Assembly: GCA_951406725.2 (NCBI GenBank) | Contig: OX597820.1 | Span: forward strand, 61,504,001 to 61,568,000 | DNA: 64,000 nt | Reading direction: 5' to 3' | DNA from: Octopus vulgaris | Lineage: Eukaryota | Part shown: positions 42,209 to 55,613 of the stretch, piece after piece | Position numbering within the stretch: the first letter of the stretch is position 1 | How the letters are laid out: each line of letters begins with the position of its first letter | Made by a program: the position numbers and the translations under genes | Notes under the pieces: model-generated | The model's input: the letters and a program-made list of their open reading frames with translations, nothing else | The model's database searches: none | What the model was told of the DNA's origin: nothing

Positions 42209-43524
42209 GGTGATGAGCTGGAAGAATTGTTAGCAAGCTGGGCAAAATGCTTAGCAGTATTTTGTCTGTATTTACATTGTGAGTTCAAATTCTGCCATGA
42301 TTGGTTGGCTTTGCCTTTCATCCTTTTAGGGTTGACAAAATAAGCACCAATGGGATTGATATAATCGACTTACTCTCTCCCCTGAAATTGCTGGCCTTGT
42401 GCCAAAATCCGAAATCAATCATCATCATCAATATTATTATTATTATTATTCTGGGTTCAAATTCTGCAGAGGTCGCCTTTCATCCTTTCAGGGTCAATAA
42501 ATTAAGTACCAGTGAATACTGGGTTGATGTAATCAGCTGATCCCCTCCCCCAAAATTTCAGGCCTTGTGCTAATAGTAGAAAATATTATTATTATTATTA
42601 TTGGATTGATAGAAAGGATAAATGCCTTTCAACATTTATTCTTCATCAAGCCAGTGAGCTGGCAGAAATGTTAGCATGCCGAGTGAAATGCTTCACGGTA
42701 TTTCGTCTGTCTTTATGTTCTGAGTTCAAATTCCACCAAGGTTGACTTTGCCTTTCATCTTTTGGGGTCAATAATTAAGTACCAGTTGCGTACTGAGATC
42801 AATCTAATCGACTGGCTCCCTCACCCAAAATTTTGGGCCTTGTGCTTAAAGTAGAAAAGAATATTTATTCTTCATCTTTTCATTTTTATCTCAAATCCTG
42901 CTGAAGTCAAATTTTCCTTCCATTATTCAGGACTTAAGGTAAACTCAATCAAGTACTGTGGTTGATATGACTGACAAACTTCCTCTGTCAAAATTTCAGG
43001 CCTTGTGCCTATGTTAGAAATAAATATTGTTACTGCTAAAAATATATTCTTTTCTACCCTAGGCACAAGGCCCGAAATTTTTGGAGAGGGAGCCAGTCGA
43101 TTAGATCGATCCTAGTATGTAACTGGTACTTAATTTATCGACCATGGAGGAATGAAAAGCAAAGCTGACCTCAGTGGAATTTGAACTCAGAATGTAAAGA
43201 CATGAAATACCACTAAGCATTTTGCCCAGCATGCTAACAGTTCTGCCAGTTTGCCGCTTTACTGCTAGAAAAATATTATTTAAGGAGCAGTGGATAATAG
43301 AACCAGTTGAGAGCCAGGCACGGCTGTGTAGTTAAACTGTTCACTTTGTAAGCAACTACGTTATTCCAGGTTCAGTTCCACTGACTGCACAGCAACCTGA
43401 GCAAATATCTGCTTTCACAATTTCATAGTCATTAAAGCTGCATGGATGAAATTTAACGGATGGAAATTGTGTAGAAGCCCCTACACACACACACACCATT
43501 ATAAGGACTGACCCTGTTTCTGAA

Positions 43525-44812
43525 TAGGTTTTTTTTTTATTTATGTGCCATTTTCAAGCCTAACCAGGCTCATGGGCCCGGTTTCTATGGCGTATGTGTT
43601 CCCCTCTTAGTGTGAAAAAATGTTTCCGAAAGTCATGGGAGCTGTGCTGTTTTCTGACTTTGTAAACATGTCCACGGGTGTTAGACAGATGGAGTTTGAA
43701 AAGGTACTCAGAGTTATTGTTTGTAAGATGGTTAATAATTTTATGGGTGTCTACCAAGTCAGCTGCCAGACGTCGGAGTTTCAGTGTATCCATGCCCAGG
43801 GAAGTAAGGCGTTCAGAATATGGCAAATGCCTGATTGAGTGTATTCTCTTGGTTGCACATCGCTGAATGGCAATTAATATCCTGGGCAAGATAGGGGTTC
43901 CAGACTGGTGATGCAAATTCCAGGTGAGGTAGCACCATAGCTATATAAAGCCGCAGATAGCTGGAGTGTGGCTCACAAAGGACTTGGTGAGTGATGCGAA
44001 GACACTTTCAGCCTTCTTGGCAATTTTAGCAATGTGTTTTGTCCAGCGCAAATCGCTGTCAACAATAACGCCCAGGTCATGTTCACAAGAAGACTTTTTG
44101 AGATTAATGTTGTGGAGGAAGTAGACGCTAGGTTTTCCCTCCCAAAATGCATGGTGATACATTTGTCCACAGTCAGCTTGAGTTGCCAGCCCATGATCCA
44201 CTGCTGCATTGTGTCCAGGTCTGATTGCAATAAAGATCTATAGTGTACAGGATCTGTCCTCTTTATTTCGAGGTACAGCTTGATGTCATCTGCATATTTC
44301 AGCACTGTGGCATTCTTTAAGTTGGCATCTATGTCATTAACATATGCAACAAATAAAAGGGGGCCAAGAACAGATCCCTGTGGTACAGCAGATGTCATCT
44401 CATAGGATGAAGAGTGCTGTCCTAGAACTGTGACAACCTCTTTTAGGCCGACAATGAAGGACTTCAACCAGTTATAGAGATCATCTCTTACACCCATTGC
44501 AGAGAGTTTCACCATAAGTCTTTTGTGTGGCACAGAATTAAAAGCCTTATCAAAGTCTAGGTAAACAACATCCACCCAGGATCCACGATCAGTGATTCGG
44601 GTAATGACCTCAAGAAACTCGATGAGTTGATTACAGTAGCTGGAGTTAGGAATAAATCCAAATTGTGACGGCTGGATGAGGCTGTGAGACTTCCAGAAGT
44701 TCCAGAGGGTTTCTCTGACACAGGATTCCATCAGTTTGGCGATGCAGCTAGTAAGACTAACGGGGCGATAGTTGACAGGCGATGTGCGGTCACCTTTTTT
44801 GAATTGAGGATA
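43525..44812 (-). mobile_element. CR1-clade LINE 3' fragment with RT domain
   Basis: 252 aa ORF: QFGF, VDVVYLDFDKAFNSVPH, VPQGSVLGPLLF, YADD; downstream TRGH..FFTLR; frameshifts. Confidence 0.92.
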
Positions 44813-44819
44813 CTGTTTG

Positions 44820-46800
44820 CAACAACGAATATATAGTACTCTCGCAGTTGTGTTTCTTATATGTAGTGGCTGTGTTTTGACACAGTTGAACGAAAGAAAT
44901 TTAGTAACGTTTATTTTTCCCCCTGGATCTCTAGGTCTCTGTATATCTGTTTATCAGAGCAGGAAGTATTTAACTTAAAGAGTTTTATCATCTGCATAAG
45001 TACGCTAATAACGATAATTTCGTTAGATTGTCAAATTGACTCACAATGTCAAGATCGGGTAATATCGTTTAAAAGAAATAAAAGGTGTCCAATGAACTTA
45101 AAATTTCTGAGGTGGTTATTAAAACTAGAAGCGTGGAATGAAACCAAACTAGTCTCAATCTTGGAGCAAGGGAGTTAACTTGTGTTTGCTGAGTTTATTT
45201 GGTTGGAGGTGAGTATAATAATGTTATTAATTTCAACGCTGTAATATTTATATTACGACGTTTTCCTTGCCTATATTTTTGTTTTGAAAATTATTAGTAC
45301 CTGTTGAAAAATGTAATTAAAATTATATTCTAATTTAATTCATGATGTCTGATAATCTGAACGACAATTTTACCTAAAGGAATATATTTTGAACTTGGCG
45401 CCTTTAGAACCACGTGTATTTTCGAGGAGTTAATAATTAAATCTTTCGTTTTCTATTCATTTTCAGGATTATCTTCGACAAGGGGATTATATTTTCCGTT
45501 TGTTTATGCGCAATCAATTTGAATCTTTCTCTATGTAATTTGTGTATTCCTTTGGATCGTCATTGAAAGACGTTTTATTTGTACGGTCGAAAGTATTATG
45601 TATTGTTTGTGTGTCTGTAAGCTTGGTAAACTAAGAACTTATTTGGGAAAAGAAATATAGAGCCAGTTGAGTTTATTAAAACTGAATAACATTGAAACAC
45701 TTAAAAATTACATTACGTGGTGAAAATAATGAGGAATGTGCTTTGAAAAGTAGGATTTCCACATAGTATATTCGAATACTTAGATTACAAAACAAACTTG
45801 TTTTGTTTATCTTCTTAGGTAGTACCTCTTATTTCGAATATCTAACACTTACAAAGGCTCGCGAGGTAATTAAATATGTAAACGTGGAATTGTTGCACAA
45901 TTACATGCATTCTGAACATAAAGAGTTGTATCATCCGTAAATTGTAGAATCCCTGCAGATGTTTTATTTTACGACCGTGAACTCAAATGTAAATGTCTAA
46001 TAACTGTTTCTGCTATAGGCACAAGGTCTGGAATCTTGAGGAGGATGTTAGTCGACATCAACGTCAGTGCTTAATGGGTACTTATTTTTTATCGATCCCC
46101 AATAGATGAAATGCAAAGTCGACCTCCGTGGGTTTCGAACTGGCATTGTAAAGAATCGGAAGAAACGTCTTTGAGCATTTTGTCCGGCGCGCTAACGATT
46201 CTGCAAGCTTGTCACTTTGAGTTCTGTCTGTAATAATGTCTAAGCTAATTTACTTTGTCCAATCTTGCCTTATACTGCTCATTAATCTGACCTAACCGTA
46301 TTAATCGGCGCAGTATTTTGACAGATTTTGACCAAAGAAATGAATCGGTTTTTAGCTACCGTTTTCTTGGGTCTTGCACATGTCAAATCATGTTTATTTA
46401 AGTGTAAATTATGTAATTTTTCTACAATTTATTTTTAATATGCATTCCGTTGTTTGATTCAATATATTGTGATTCCACTAGATTCTTGCAAAGGTCTTGC
46501 ATTGGATCTAGAATCTAACCGAGTCAATACCACATTGGATAAATACTATTCTTGTTAAATGTATATTTCGCGCTAAAAAGGGAACATTATTAAATATATT
46601 GGAAATATTGTTTGTTTCTTTGTTCAGTTTCGCGACGTTCGGGTTTTCATTTTATTGTTATTCTAGTTAGTTTTTTTCTGCGGCTGTAATATGAAGATTG
46701 CGAAGAATTTTCCGAATATTAGTACTTATTTTCCTAGCTGCTTCTTCTTTCAAGTTTATTACTGTTAAACAGTATTCCTTATATTGGACTGAATGGTTCA
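44820..46800 (+). promoter_or_regulatory. CpG-retaining candidate PFAS promoter; putative first non-coding exon ending at 45208 (GAG|GTGAGT)
   Basis: CpG-rich relative to flanks; consensus donor; lies upstream of the first coding exon. Confidence 0.5.
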
Positions 46801-48869
46801 CGATTTCTATTTTAGGATACCTTATAGTAATTTGAATAACTGCCAGTATTTATCATGACATACACATAATCCGGGGACAGTAAATACAAATTTTGTGTTG
46901 GTGATAGTGATTTCTTTTGAAGTTTTAGTATTCCGTGTTTTGTATAGCTAGGATTGCGATTCTGAAAGAAATTTTTTTCTGAAAATTTCAATTCTATACA
47001 TATTGTCCCTTAATTCCGTGTCCCTTTCATTGACTGTGTGATTGTGATAGCTATTTCAAAACTCTATCCAAGTATTTTTAACTGGACGTCATCTATTCAC
47101 ATTGAATGCATTATTAGGATACTAAATCAACTCAGTACTCGACTGGTACTTAATTTTATCGACCCTGCAGGCATGTCTGTGTGAGTGCATGACATGCTTC
47201 AACTAATTCTGTCTATGACCCTGCAACGATGAAGGCAGATTTAACCCCAGCGTTATATGAACTCAGAAGAGATTTTATTCTTTCCGCGTACAATTTTCTC
47301 TGAAGGGGAACAAATCTGTATGGAATACTTAAAAGTATATCATTTCACTTTACTCCTTTTATAAAATGTTCTCTGGGATAAATATGTTATATAACAAACA
47401 GATACAGGTATATCAAATACCATACAACATAAATGCATGACTTATTAAAATTATTTCCGCCTCTTGAGGATATGTCATAATTATCAAATGGCAATAAAGA
47501 CCAACACCATTTGAGAAGAGGAGATCATCTGAAGAATCAAGAATTCAACAAAGTTGACATGCATTACAGAAAAAGACAGGCTTATTGTTTGGATATAAAG
47601 GGATCTATATAGGATTCAAAAGATCCATATAAAGAGACAGTCGTGGATACGTGTTTCTGGCTCATTTCTGCTTTCATTATCACGACAATTGCCCACCCCA
47701 ATCTCCAGTAGCCAAGGGACTTACGTCATAGAAAAAAAGCATTAGAACACATTTTGTTTTGGCCGAGTTAATTTGCATAATTTAAACAAAAATAAATCTC
47801 AGAGAAATAATGGCCAGTAGAATATATTGAACAGCATAGATGTGTATGAACTACCATACAAAACACATGCATTTGATTAAGTATTTTGTCCAATGCTCTA
47901 ATGCTGGAGAAAAGAATAATTTTAGTACCAGACTACGTTTGTAAGTATGCAAAATCCCTTCAGGGTGTACCAGTGCTAAGAAAAATGACAAATTTGAAAA
48001 TTTTATACATTAATAGGTATATAAATTTATATTAAATTACTGCTTTGATCTCAAGGCTCAAACCTGATTGTTTTTCACAGGGGTTTTTATTACCTTCATT
48101 GGAAGTGGTGCGGTTTTATGTTTGAATGCGGGTGAAATTTCGTCCATGGACAATAGAACTCCCCATCCTTACTTTAAATGATTTCACCAGATTGTTATTT
48201 TGAATTGTTTTAACAACATTATTCAGAATGTTTTTGACGAGTGTAATCATTAGTATCGATTAAGCAGTAGGCAAGTCATTCGGGAGGATTCAAATGGAGT
48301 GATGTGAGATAAGTGGTGGTGAGAGAGATTGATAGAAAAGTGGTATTGAGTAGATCAGAAGACTGCAGTATCAGATTTCTGAAGAAGGCGAAAGCTATTA
48401 ATTTGGAGATTGTTTAGTTCGATGAGCCTATGACTAAACGAAAATGAATTTTTCTGTATTTGATGTATTTTATATGATATATATATGAATTTGTTGGTTT
48501 TCCCGTCTTTACAGCCCTTTAATAATGTAGTGTAAGGGAGATAATTCCATACAGGCATGTAAATTGTGTTAATTTCAGAATATTAGAAAACTGGTAATGC
48601 TTTGAATACACAACAATTTAGCCTTTAGAAGGTTTCAAGAAGAGCTTTTGATAAGTTCATTTTTCTTGAATAAAGTAAAATCTATTTCAAGCTTTGCTTT
48701 TTATCTGAGATTGTCTTTTGTTTTAGAATTGTTGAATGAAGTTTCATAGACAGAATTAGTTGAAGCATGTCATGCACTCACACAGACATGCCTGCATGCG
48801 TATGTTTGGTGAAGTTTTTAGCCAGGAGTAAGCCTCTGTATCTAGCATTTCTCTGTTTTCTTTTATAGA

Positions 48870-49340
48870 AGTCCATGCTTTGCGATCTGATGTCCACTGA
48901 GAAAGTTAGTTGATGAATGGCTTGTGAGAGCTGTACAAGATATGTTAAAGGGTGTAGTCAGCAAAGTGAGTAAAAAGTGGAGGAGGGAATTCAACATGAT
49001 GTAAAGGCACATCAGTGTTCAGTTCTCAATTCCTTTCTGATCTTTATAGTTTTTCATGTGAGATCAGACCAGATGCTTACAGGAATTTCATTATCAGCAT
49101 GATGATCATCATCTTTTAGCTTCTGTGTCCAATGCTGGCATTAGTTGGAATTTCTATGTGCTAATGAGCTAGTTCTTATAGTAGAATTAGTAAAGAAATT
49201 CCAGGCATGGAAACAACTCAGAATCTAGAGGCTTCAAAATATATTTAATAAAGATTAAAGTATCTGTAAGTAGAAGAGGAGACAGGATCTAACTACCACT
49301 AGAGAGATGGGTCATGTTTGATGTCTGAAAAAGGAGTAGA
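48870..49340 (+). mobile_element. old, decayed RTE LINE fragment
   Basis: resembles 7900-8290 (gttgatgaatggcttgtgagagctgtacaa...). Confidence 0.55.
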
Positions 49341-49883
49341 TAGGTCTGAAGTTATTACATCTCACAAAGGAAATAACAAAGGACTGCATTGATTGACATG
49401 ATGTACAGAAGACATCTCTACCCATCCAGGCATGGCAAACACAAATTAAAATAGTGTAAATGTGCGTGCATGCATGTGTGTGTGTGTATGTTGTGTGTAT
49501 GTTTAGGTATGTCTATGCATGTACATATATATACACATGCATATGTGCATATATGTGTAAATGTATGTGTGTGTGTTTGTGTGTATAAATAACTATATAG
49601 CTACCCTTATGTAGCTTTGTATCTTCTGACCCTCTCCCCCACTACTCTTACATCTTGTACCTCATTACCCTACTTTTTGATCTTCTCCTTTCTGAACCAC
49701 TTCTATCTCTGCTGCCTGACCTCTTCTCCCTATGGGTAATTCTTATCAGTTGCACTTCCATCCTTGTTCATCACTCACTACATGTAATAGCTTTCATATA
49801 GTCATAATAGGATGTATCCATTATTGCATTGCATATTTTTACCAATCATTAAAGCTATTTTACTTTTCTTATTTCATTAAGTC

Positions 49884-50025
49884 ATGGCAATCATTTGTTA
49901 TTATCAACATGATGCATTAAGTGCTTATAGCCAGCAGGCTTGTTTGGCGAAACTAAAAGCATCAGTTCCAAAACTTACAGATTTGGAGACAGAAATCTGC
50001 TACTATGTATCTTGTCAGGAAAAAG
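49884..50025 (+). CDS. PFAS: PFAS (FGAM synthase, PurL) coding exon 1, MAIICYYQ...LETEICYYV
   Basis: ETEICYYV matches the PFAS N-terminal ETELCYNV motif; aag acceptor at 49881, G|gttggt donor, phase fits the next exon. Confidence 0.8.
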
Positions 50026-50973
50026 GTTGGTTCTATATTTAAATATTTATTTATAAAAACACATATTTTCTTTTCTGTAATAAATTGTCATCAATCCTTT
50101 AACTAGAGCTTTTTTTGTATGCAAGCTTAAGTTGCTGTGCAACATAACATGACCTTTGTTGATAATTTTTTAACCCCCATCTAAGGCCCAGCATCCTGAG
50201 ATATGGCCTTATTCCTGCTTTTTGTTTTGAGAGCAAAGTCCTTAGTTAATGCTAATTTTTCTACTGTTTTACATTTTTTACTCTGTTATAGAAAAAGGTG
50301 ACATTTAAAAATAAAGTATCTAAAAATATTGATTTCAAATTTTGGCACAAGACGAGCAAGTTTGGGGGAGGAGTTAAGCCGACCCCAGTGCTTAACAGGT
50401 GCTCATTTTATCGAATCTGAAAGGATGAAAATCAAGAATTTGAACTCAGAATGTAAAGATGGACAAAATGCCACTAAACATTTTGCCCAGCTTACCACCT
50501 TAAGGTGTTTAAAAATATTACCATACTACATCGATATTTTCCAAGTCTTTATTATCTAGTGTGAGACAAGTAGATCAATGTATACATTCCTTAGATTTAC
50601 ACATTAATATTTGTGGTGTATATCCACTGGTGTGGAGGCATGTGGCTTAGTGGTTAGCGTGTCGAACTCATGATCGTAAGGTTGTGGTTTCGATTCCTGG
50701 ACTGGGCGATACGTTGTGTTCTTGAGCAAAACACTTTATTTTCACGTTGCTCCAGTCCACTCAGCTGGTAAAAATGAGTAATCCTGGGATGGACTGGCGT
50801 CCCAACGGGAAACCAGCCCTTATGAGCCTGGCATGGCTTGAGAAGGAACATTTATTATTTTTTTTATATTCACTGGTGCAGTTACTTATCTGTAAAGCCA
50901 TTGGGCTTCATTTAAAAATCAATAAATATTGAATTGTTGCATTTTTTTATATTTTAATGTCTCATTCTTTTAG

Positions 50974-51103
50974 AAATTTCTCTGAAAGATGAAGAGAAAC
51001 TGACTTGGATCCTAAGTAAACCATTTTGTCAAAAAAATCTGAGAAAAACATCTTTTTTTGGAGAACATGCAGAGAATTGTCTTTTCGTGGAAATTGGACC
51101 CAG
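50974..51103 (+). CDS. PFAS: PFAS coding exon 2 (...KLTWIL...VEIGPR)
   Basis: tag acceptor, AG|gtaaat donor, EIGPR motif. Confidence 0.9.
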
Positions 51104-52293
51104 GTAAATTTACTGTTTTAAGTTGATTTGGCTAAAATTATTTATCCTTTTATTCTTTTACTTGTTTCAGTCATTTGACTGCAGTCATGCTGGAGCAACG
51201 TCTTTAGTTGAGCAAATCGACCCCAGGACTTATTCTTTGTAAGCCTAGTACTTATTCAATTGATTTCTTTTGCTGAACCGCTAAGTTACGGGGACGTAAA
51301 TACACCAGCATCGATTGTCAAGCGATGTTGTGGGGACAAACACTGACACACACACTTACGAGCGCACGCACACACACACACACAATGGGCTTCTTTCATT
51401 TTCTGTCTACCAAATCCACTCAGTCCGAGGCTATAGTAGAAGACACTTGCCCTAGGTGCCACGCAGTGGAACTGAACCCAGAACCATGTGGTTCGTAAGC
51501 AAGCTACTTACCACACAGCCACTCCTGTACCTATTTGTTGATAATTTTAAATCCTTTTATTCTTTTACTTATTTCAGTCATTGGTTGTGGCCATACTGGA
51601 GCATCGCCTTGAAGGGTTTGGTACTGCTAAGCTATGGGAAACATAAACAAACCAACACTAGTTGTCAAGTGGTAGACATGTGTATCTGTCTGTCTGTATG
51701 TATGTGTGTATGTACATGTATATACATATACACGCACACACATATTTATATATATATCTATCTACATCATCATCATCCTTTCTACTATAGGCACAAAGCC
51801 TGAAATTTGTGGGGAGGGGACTGGTTGATTACATCGACCCCAGTGTGTAACTGGTACTTAATTTACCAACCCCTGAAAGGATGGAAGGCAAAGTCAACCG
51901 TGGCAGAATTTGAACTCAGAACATAGTGATGGGTGAAGTACCACTAAGCATTTCATCCAGCGCGCTAGTGATTCTGCCAGCTTGCTGCCTGTATTATAAT
52001 AATGTAATTTCTTTACTACCCACAAGGGGTTAAACATAGAGGGGACAAACAAGGACAGACAAAGGGATTAAGTCGATTACATCGACCCAGTGTGAAACTG
52101 GTACTTTATTTATTGACCCCTAGAGGATGAAAGGTAAAGTCGACCTCGGCGGAATTTGAACTCAACGTAGCGGCAGACGAAATACCGCTAAGCAATCCGC
52201 CCGGCGTGCTAACGTTTCTGCCAGCTCACCGCATTATATTACTTCTACTACTACTGCTACTGCTGCTATTACTACTACTACTACTGCTGCTAT

Positions 52294-52369
<76 letters not shown>

Positions 52370-52787
52370 CCTTTCTACTATAGACACAAGGCCTATCTAC
52401 ATCATCATCATGAACATTGTTTAACATCCGCTCTCCATGGGTTGGATGGTTTGACATGGAGCTGGCTAGCAGGGGGCTGTCCAGATTCCAACTGTCTGTT
52501 GTGGCATGGTTTCTATGGCCGGATACCCTTTCTAATGCCAATCACTTAGCATGTTCTGGGTGCTTCTTACATACCACTGGCACAGGTGCATTTACGCAGC
52601 ACCAGCATGGTTGCATTAGGTGCTTTTAGGTGGCACAGGTGCTTATATATATGGTGTGAATGGATAGGGATATTGAATCTGGGCAGGTACACAGGAGCCA
52701 GTCAGGTGTGCCTGGCTTCGTTCACATTCAGATTGTGCTTTTTATGTGCCACTGGCATGTATATATATATATATATATCTTCATTAT

Positions 52788-53373
52788 CATTATTTAATAT
52801 CTGCTTTCCATGCTGGCATGGATTAAGATGGTTTGACTGGTAAGCTTGAGGGCTGCACCAGGTTCCAGTCTGATTTGGCATGGTTTCTACGGTTGGATGC
52901 CCTTCCTAACGCCAACCACTCCAAGTGTGTGCTTTCACGTGCCAGTTTGTTTTACATCCATTTCTATTTGTGATTGTATGGGTTGGACAGGTTTTTTTTT
53001 CCAGCACAACATGTCACCTTGTATTTTGTTTTGCCTTGTCATTTTGGTGAGGCTCAATTTCTTGAAATCTGTGTAATGGGTGCATTTTACGTGCCACTGA
53101 CACAGGTGCCATTTACATGACACTGGCAATAGCCAATGGCCATGACTACATCTTTGGCTAGGTATTTCTCCTGCAGCTGTCTTACCAGAAATGTAGCATC
53201 ATTAGTGCTTTTTCCTGGCACGAACCCAAACTGCATCTCATTTAAACTAACTCTCTCCCTGATTAATTGGGCTCTGACCCTCTCAGTGACTTTCATCATC
53301 TGATCCAACAATATGATACCTCTGTGATTATTCCTATCTAATGTGTCACCTTTTCCTTTGTAGCAGTTGACTC
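52788..53373 (-). mobile_element. antisense RTE LINE fragment plus tail repeats
   Basis: QFGFVPGKSTNDATFLVRQLQEKYLAK on the minus strand, joined directly to tail repeats. Confidence 0.85.
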
Positions 53374-53402
53374 TCTTAAAATATTAATTCTTCTCTTCTC
53401 AG

Positions 53403-53701
53403 GTTAAACTTTTCTACACCCTTTTCAACAAATGCTGTTTCTATTTGTCGATCTGTTGGCCTTCAAAATATTGATCGGATTGAGGTGTCCGTGGCATATT
53501 TACTGAAAGCCAACTCTAATGAAACATTTTCTAAAGAAGAGGAAGAAAAACTGGTTGCATTGCTTCATGACAAAATGACACAGTGTCGATACATGAAACC
53601 ATTGGAAACATTCGAACTAAAAGTTAAAACTGAAGCTGTGTATGAAATCGATGTTCTTAAAGAGGGTCAGAAAGCCTTAGAAAAAGCTAATGCAGATCTT
53701 G
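53403..53701 (+). CDS. PFAS: PFAS coding exon 3 (LNFSTPFSTNAVSIC...HDKMT...ALEKANADL)
   Basis: conserved motifs, canonical splice sites, phase consistent. Confidence 0.95.
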
Positions 53702-54623
53702 GTAAGTTATTCTTGTTATTTCTTTAGTTTTGATTAAATTTAGGATTGTCGGGCAATATGATGTGCTTGAGAAGACCTGTTGAGTCAAGTAAAATTGAAA
53801 TCATAGTCATGGCCAGTGCCACCTGACTGGCACCTGTCCTGGTGGCATGTAATAAGCACCATTTGAGTGTAGGTCAATGCTAGTGCCGCCTGACTAGCTC
53901 CCCGTGCCGTTGGCACGTAAATAGCACCATGTGAATGTGGTCAATGCCAGTGCTCCCTGACTGGCTCCCATGCCGGTAGCATGTAAAAAGCACCCACTAC
54001 ACTCTTGGAGTGGTTGGCGTTAGGAAAGGCATCCAGCTGTAGAAACCTTGCCAGCTCAGATTGGAGTCTGGTGCAGCCTACTGGCTTGCCAGACCTCAGT
54101 CAAATTGTCCAACACATGCCAGCATAGAAAGCGGACATTAAACGATGATGATGATAATGATGATTTCTACTGTAATTACATTGCAATGTAAGGTGGTGAG
54201 CTGGCAGAATTGTTAGCATGCCAGGACGAAATGCTTAGCGGTATTTTATCTGTCACGTTTTGAGTTCAAATTCTGCCAAGGTCAACTTTGCCTCCCCTCC
54301 TTTTGGAGTCAACGAAATAAGTACAAGTCATGTGCTGGGGTCAATGTAATTGACTAGTCCCTTCTTCCCAAATTTCAGGCATTGTGCCTATAATAGAAAG
54401 GGTTATTACATTGTAATGTATATGATATAATTCAATGACATAGAAACAAAATTTTAAAATTTATTCTTTCTGCACAACCTAGTATTAAATGATCCACAGA
54501 CTAGGATATATGAGTTCATATATTTTTTCGGTCTCTGCAAGAAAACATAGTTATTCCGTTCAGTATGTATTGATGTCACTAGTCTCAGCATCAACTGAGT
54601 TAAAAATTATAAAATCTTTTCAG

Positions 54624-54732
54624 GTCTAGCTTTTGATCAGTGGGACCTAGAATATTATACTAAACTGTTTCAAGAGAAAATCCAACGGAATCCAACCAGT
54701 GTTGAATGTTTTGACTTGGCTCAGTCAAACAG
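54624..54732 (+). CDS. PFAS: PFAS coding exon 4 (GLAFDQWDL...RNPTSVECFDLAQSNS)
   Basis: conserved motif, cag/gtaagt sites. Confidence 0.95.
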
Positions 54733-55040
54733 GTAAGTTTAGTTTATTCAAAAGAATATAAATCACTACAGTTACCTACCATTTGCATGAAAAACAAGTT
54801 TATACTGTAAGGAAAACACATTAGCTTTATGTTCTTTTATTCTTTTGCTTGTTTCAGTCATTTGACTGCAGCCATGCTGGAGCACCACCTATGGTTTAAG
54901 AAATTGACCCCATGACTTATTCTTTGTAAGCCTAGTACTTATTCTATTGGTCTCTTTTGCCGAACTGCTAAGTTACGGGGACGTAAACACACCAACATTG
55001 ATTGTCAAGCGATGTTTGTGGGCATAAACACAGATACACA

Positions 55041-55090
<50 letters not shown>

Positions 55091-55613
55091 GCTTCTTTCA
55101 GTTTCCGTTTACCAAATCCACTCACAAGGCTTTGGTTGAAGACACTTGCCTAAGGTGCCATGGAGTGGAACTGAACCTGGAACCATGTGGTTGTTAAGCA
55201 AGCTTCTTACCACGCAGCCACGCCTGCACCTATACTTAATATTATTTTTAAAACTTTGATAATACTTGGCAGTGTTCCATATTTGTATACTCTTTTACTC
55301 TTTTACTTGTTTCAGCCATCCGGCTGAGGCCATGCTGGGGCACCCAATATTATTATTATCATCTTCATCATCTCCACATCTGAGCTGCATAATGATAAAC
55401 ATCATGACTGTTTTATCATTTTTGCCTGACAAAATTTTGATTTTTGTTAGTTGGGTTTATCCATAGCATGCTCAAAAAAGCAGGTTTTACCACAAACACT
55501 ACAACTCTTTATTTCCTGTCTTCTAAGTAAGACCATTGTGGTATAGCTAAAAAAATTATTATTTTTCTGTAATTTATTAATTACATTCAGGATTGATGTT
55601 TGTATTTTTCAAG

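Larger units (their letters stand above)
36965..43260 (+). repeat. cluster of mostly head-to-tail tRNA-derived SINE family C copies (Nin-like core), interrupted by the Chapaev3 element
   Basis: repeated units aaggtggtgagctggcagaa...gagttcaaattc...gcctttcatcctttcggggtcgataaattaagtaccag...(TTA)n; last copy (43045-43260) is inverted. Confidence 0.85.

Noticed and set aside
40760-43260. CRISPR-like repeat array
   Set aside because: Units are diverged ~200 bp SINEs in eukaryotic DNA; there is no repeat-spacer structure and no cas genes.
47460-47730. Possible Tc1/pogo transposase remnant (HDNCPP)
   Set aside because: Only one short motif; no TIRs or continuous frame.
52206-52541. Poly-Leu/Ile/Tyr ORFs
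   Set aside because: Translations of (CTA)n/(ATA)n microsatellites.
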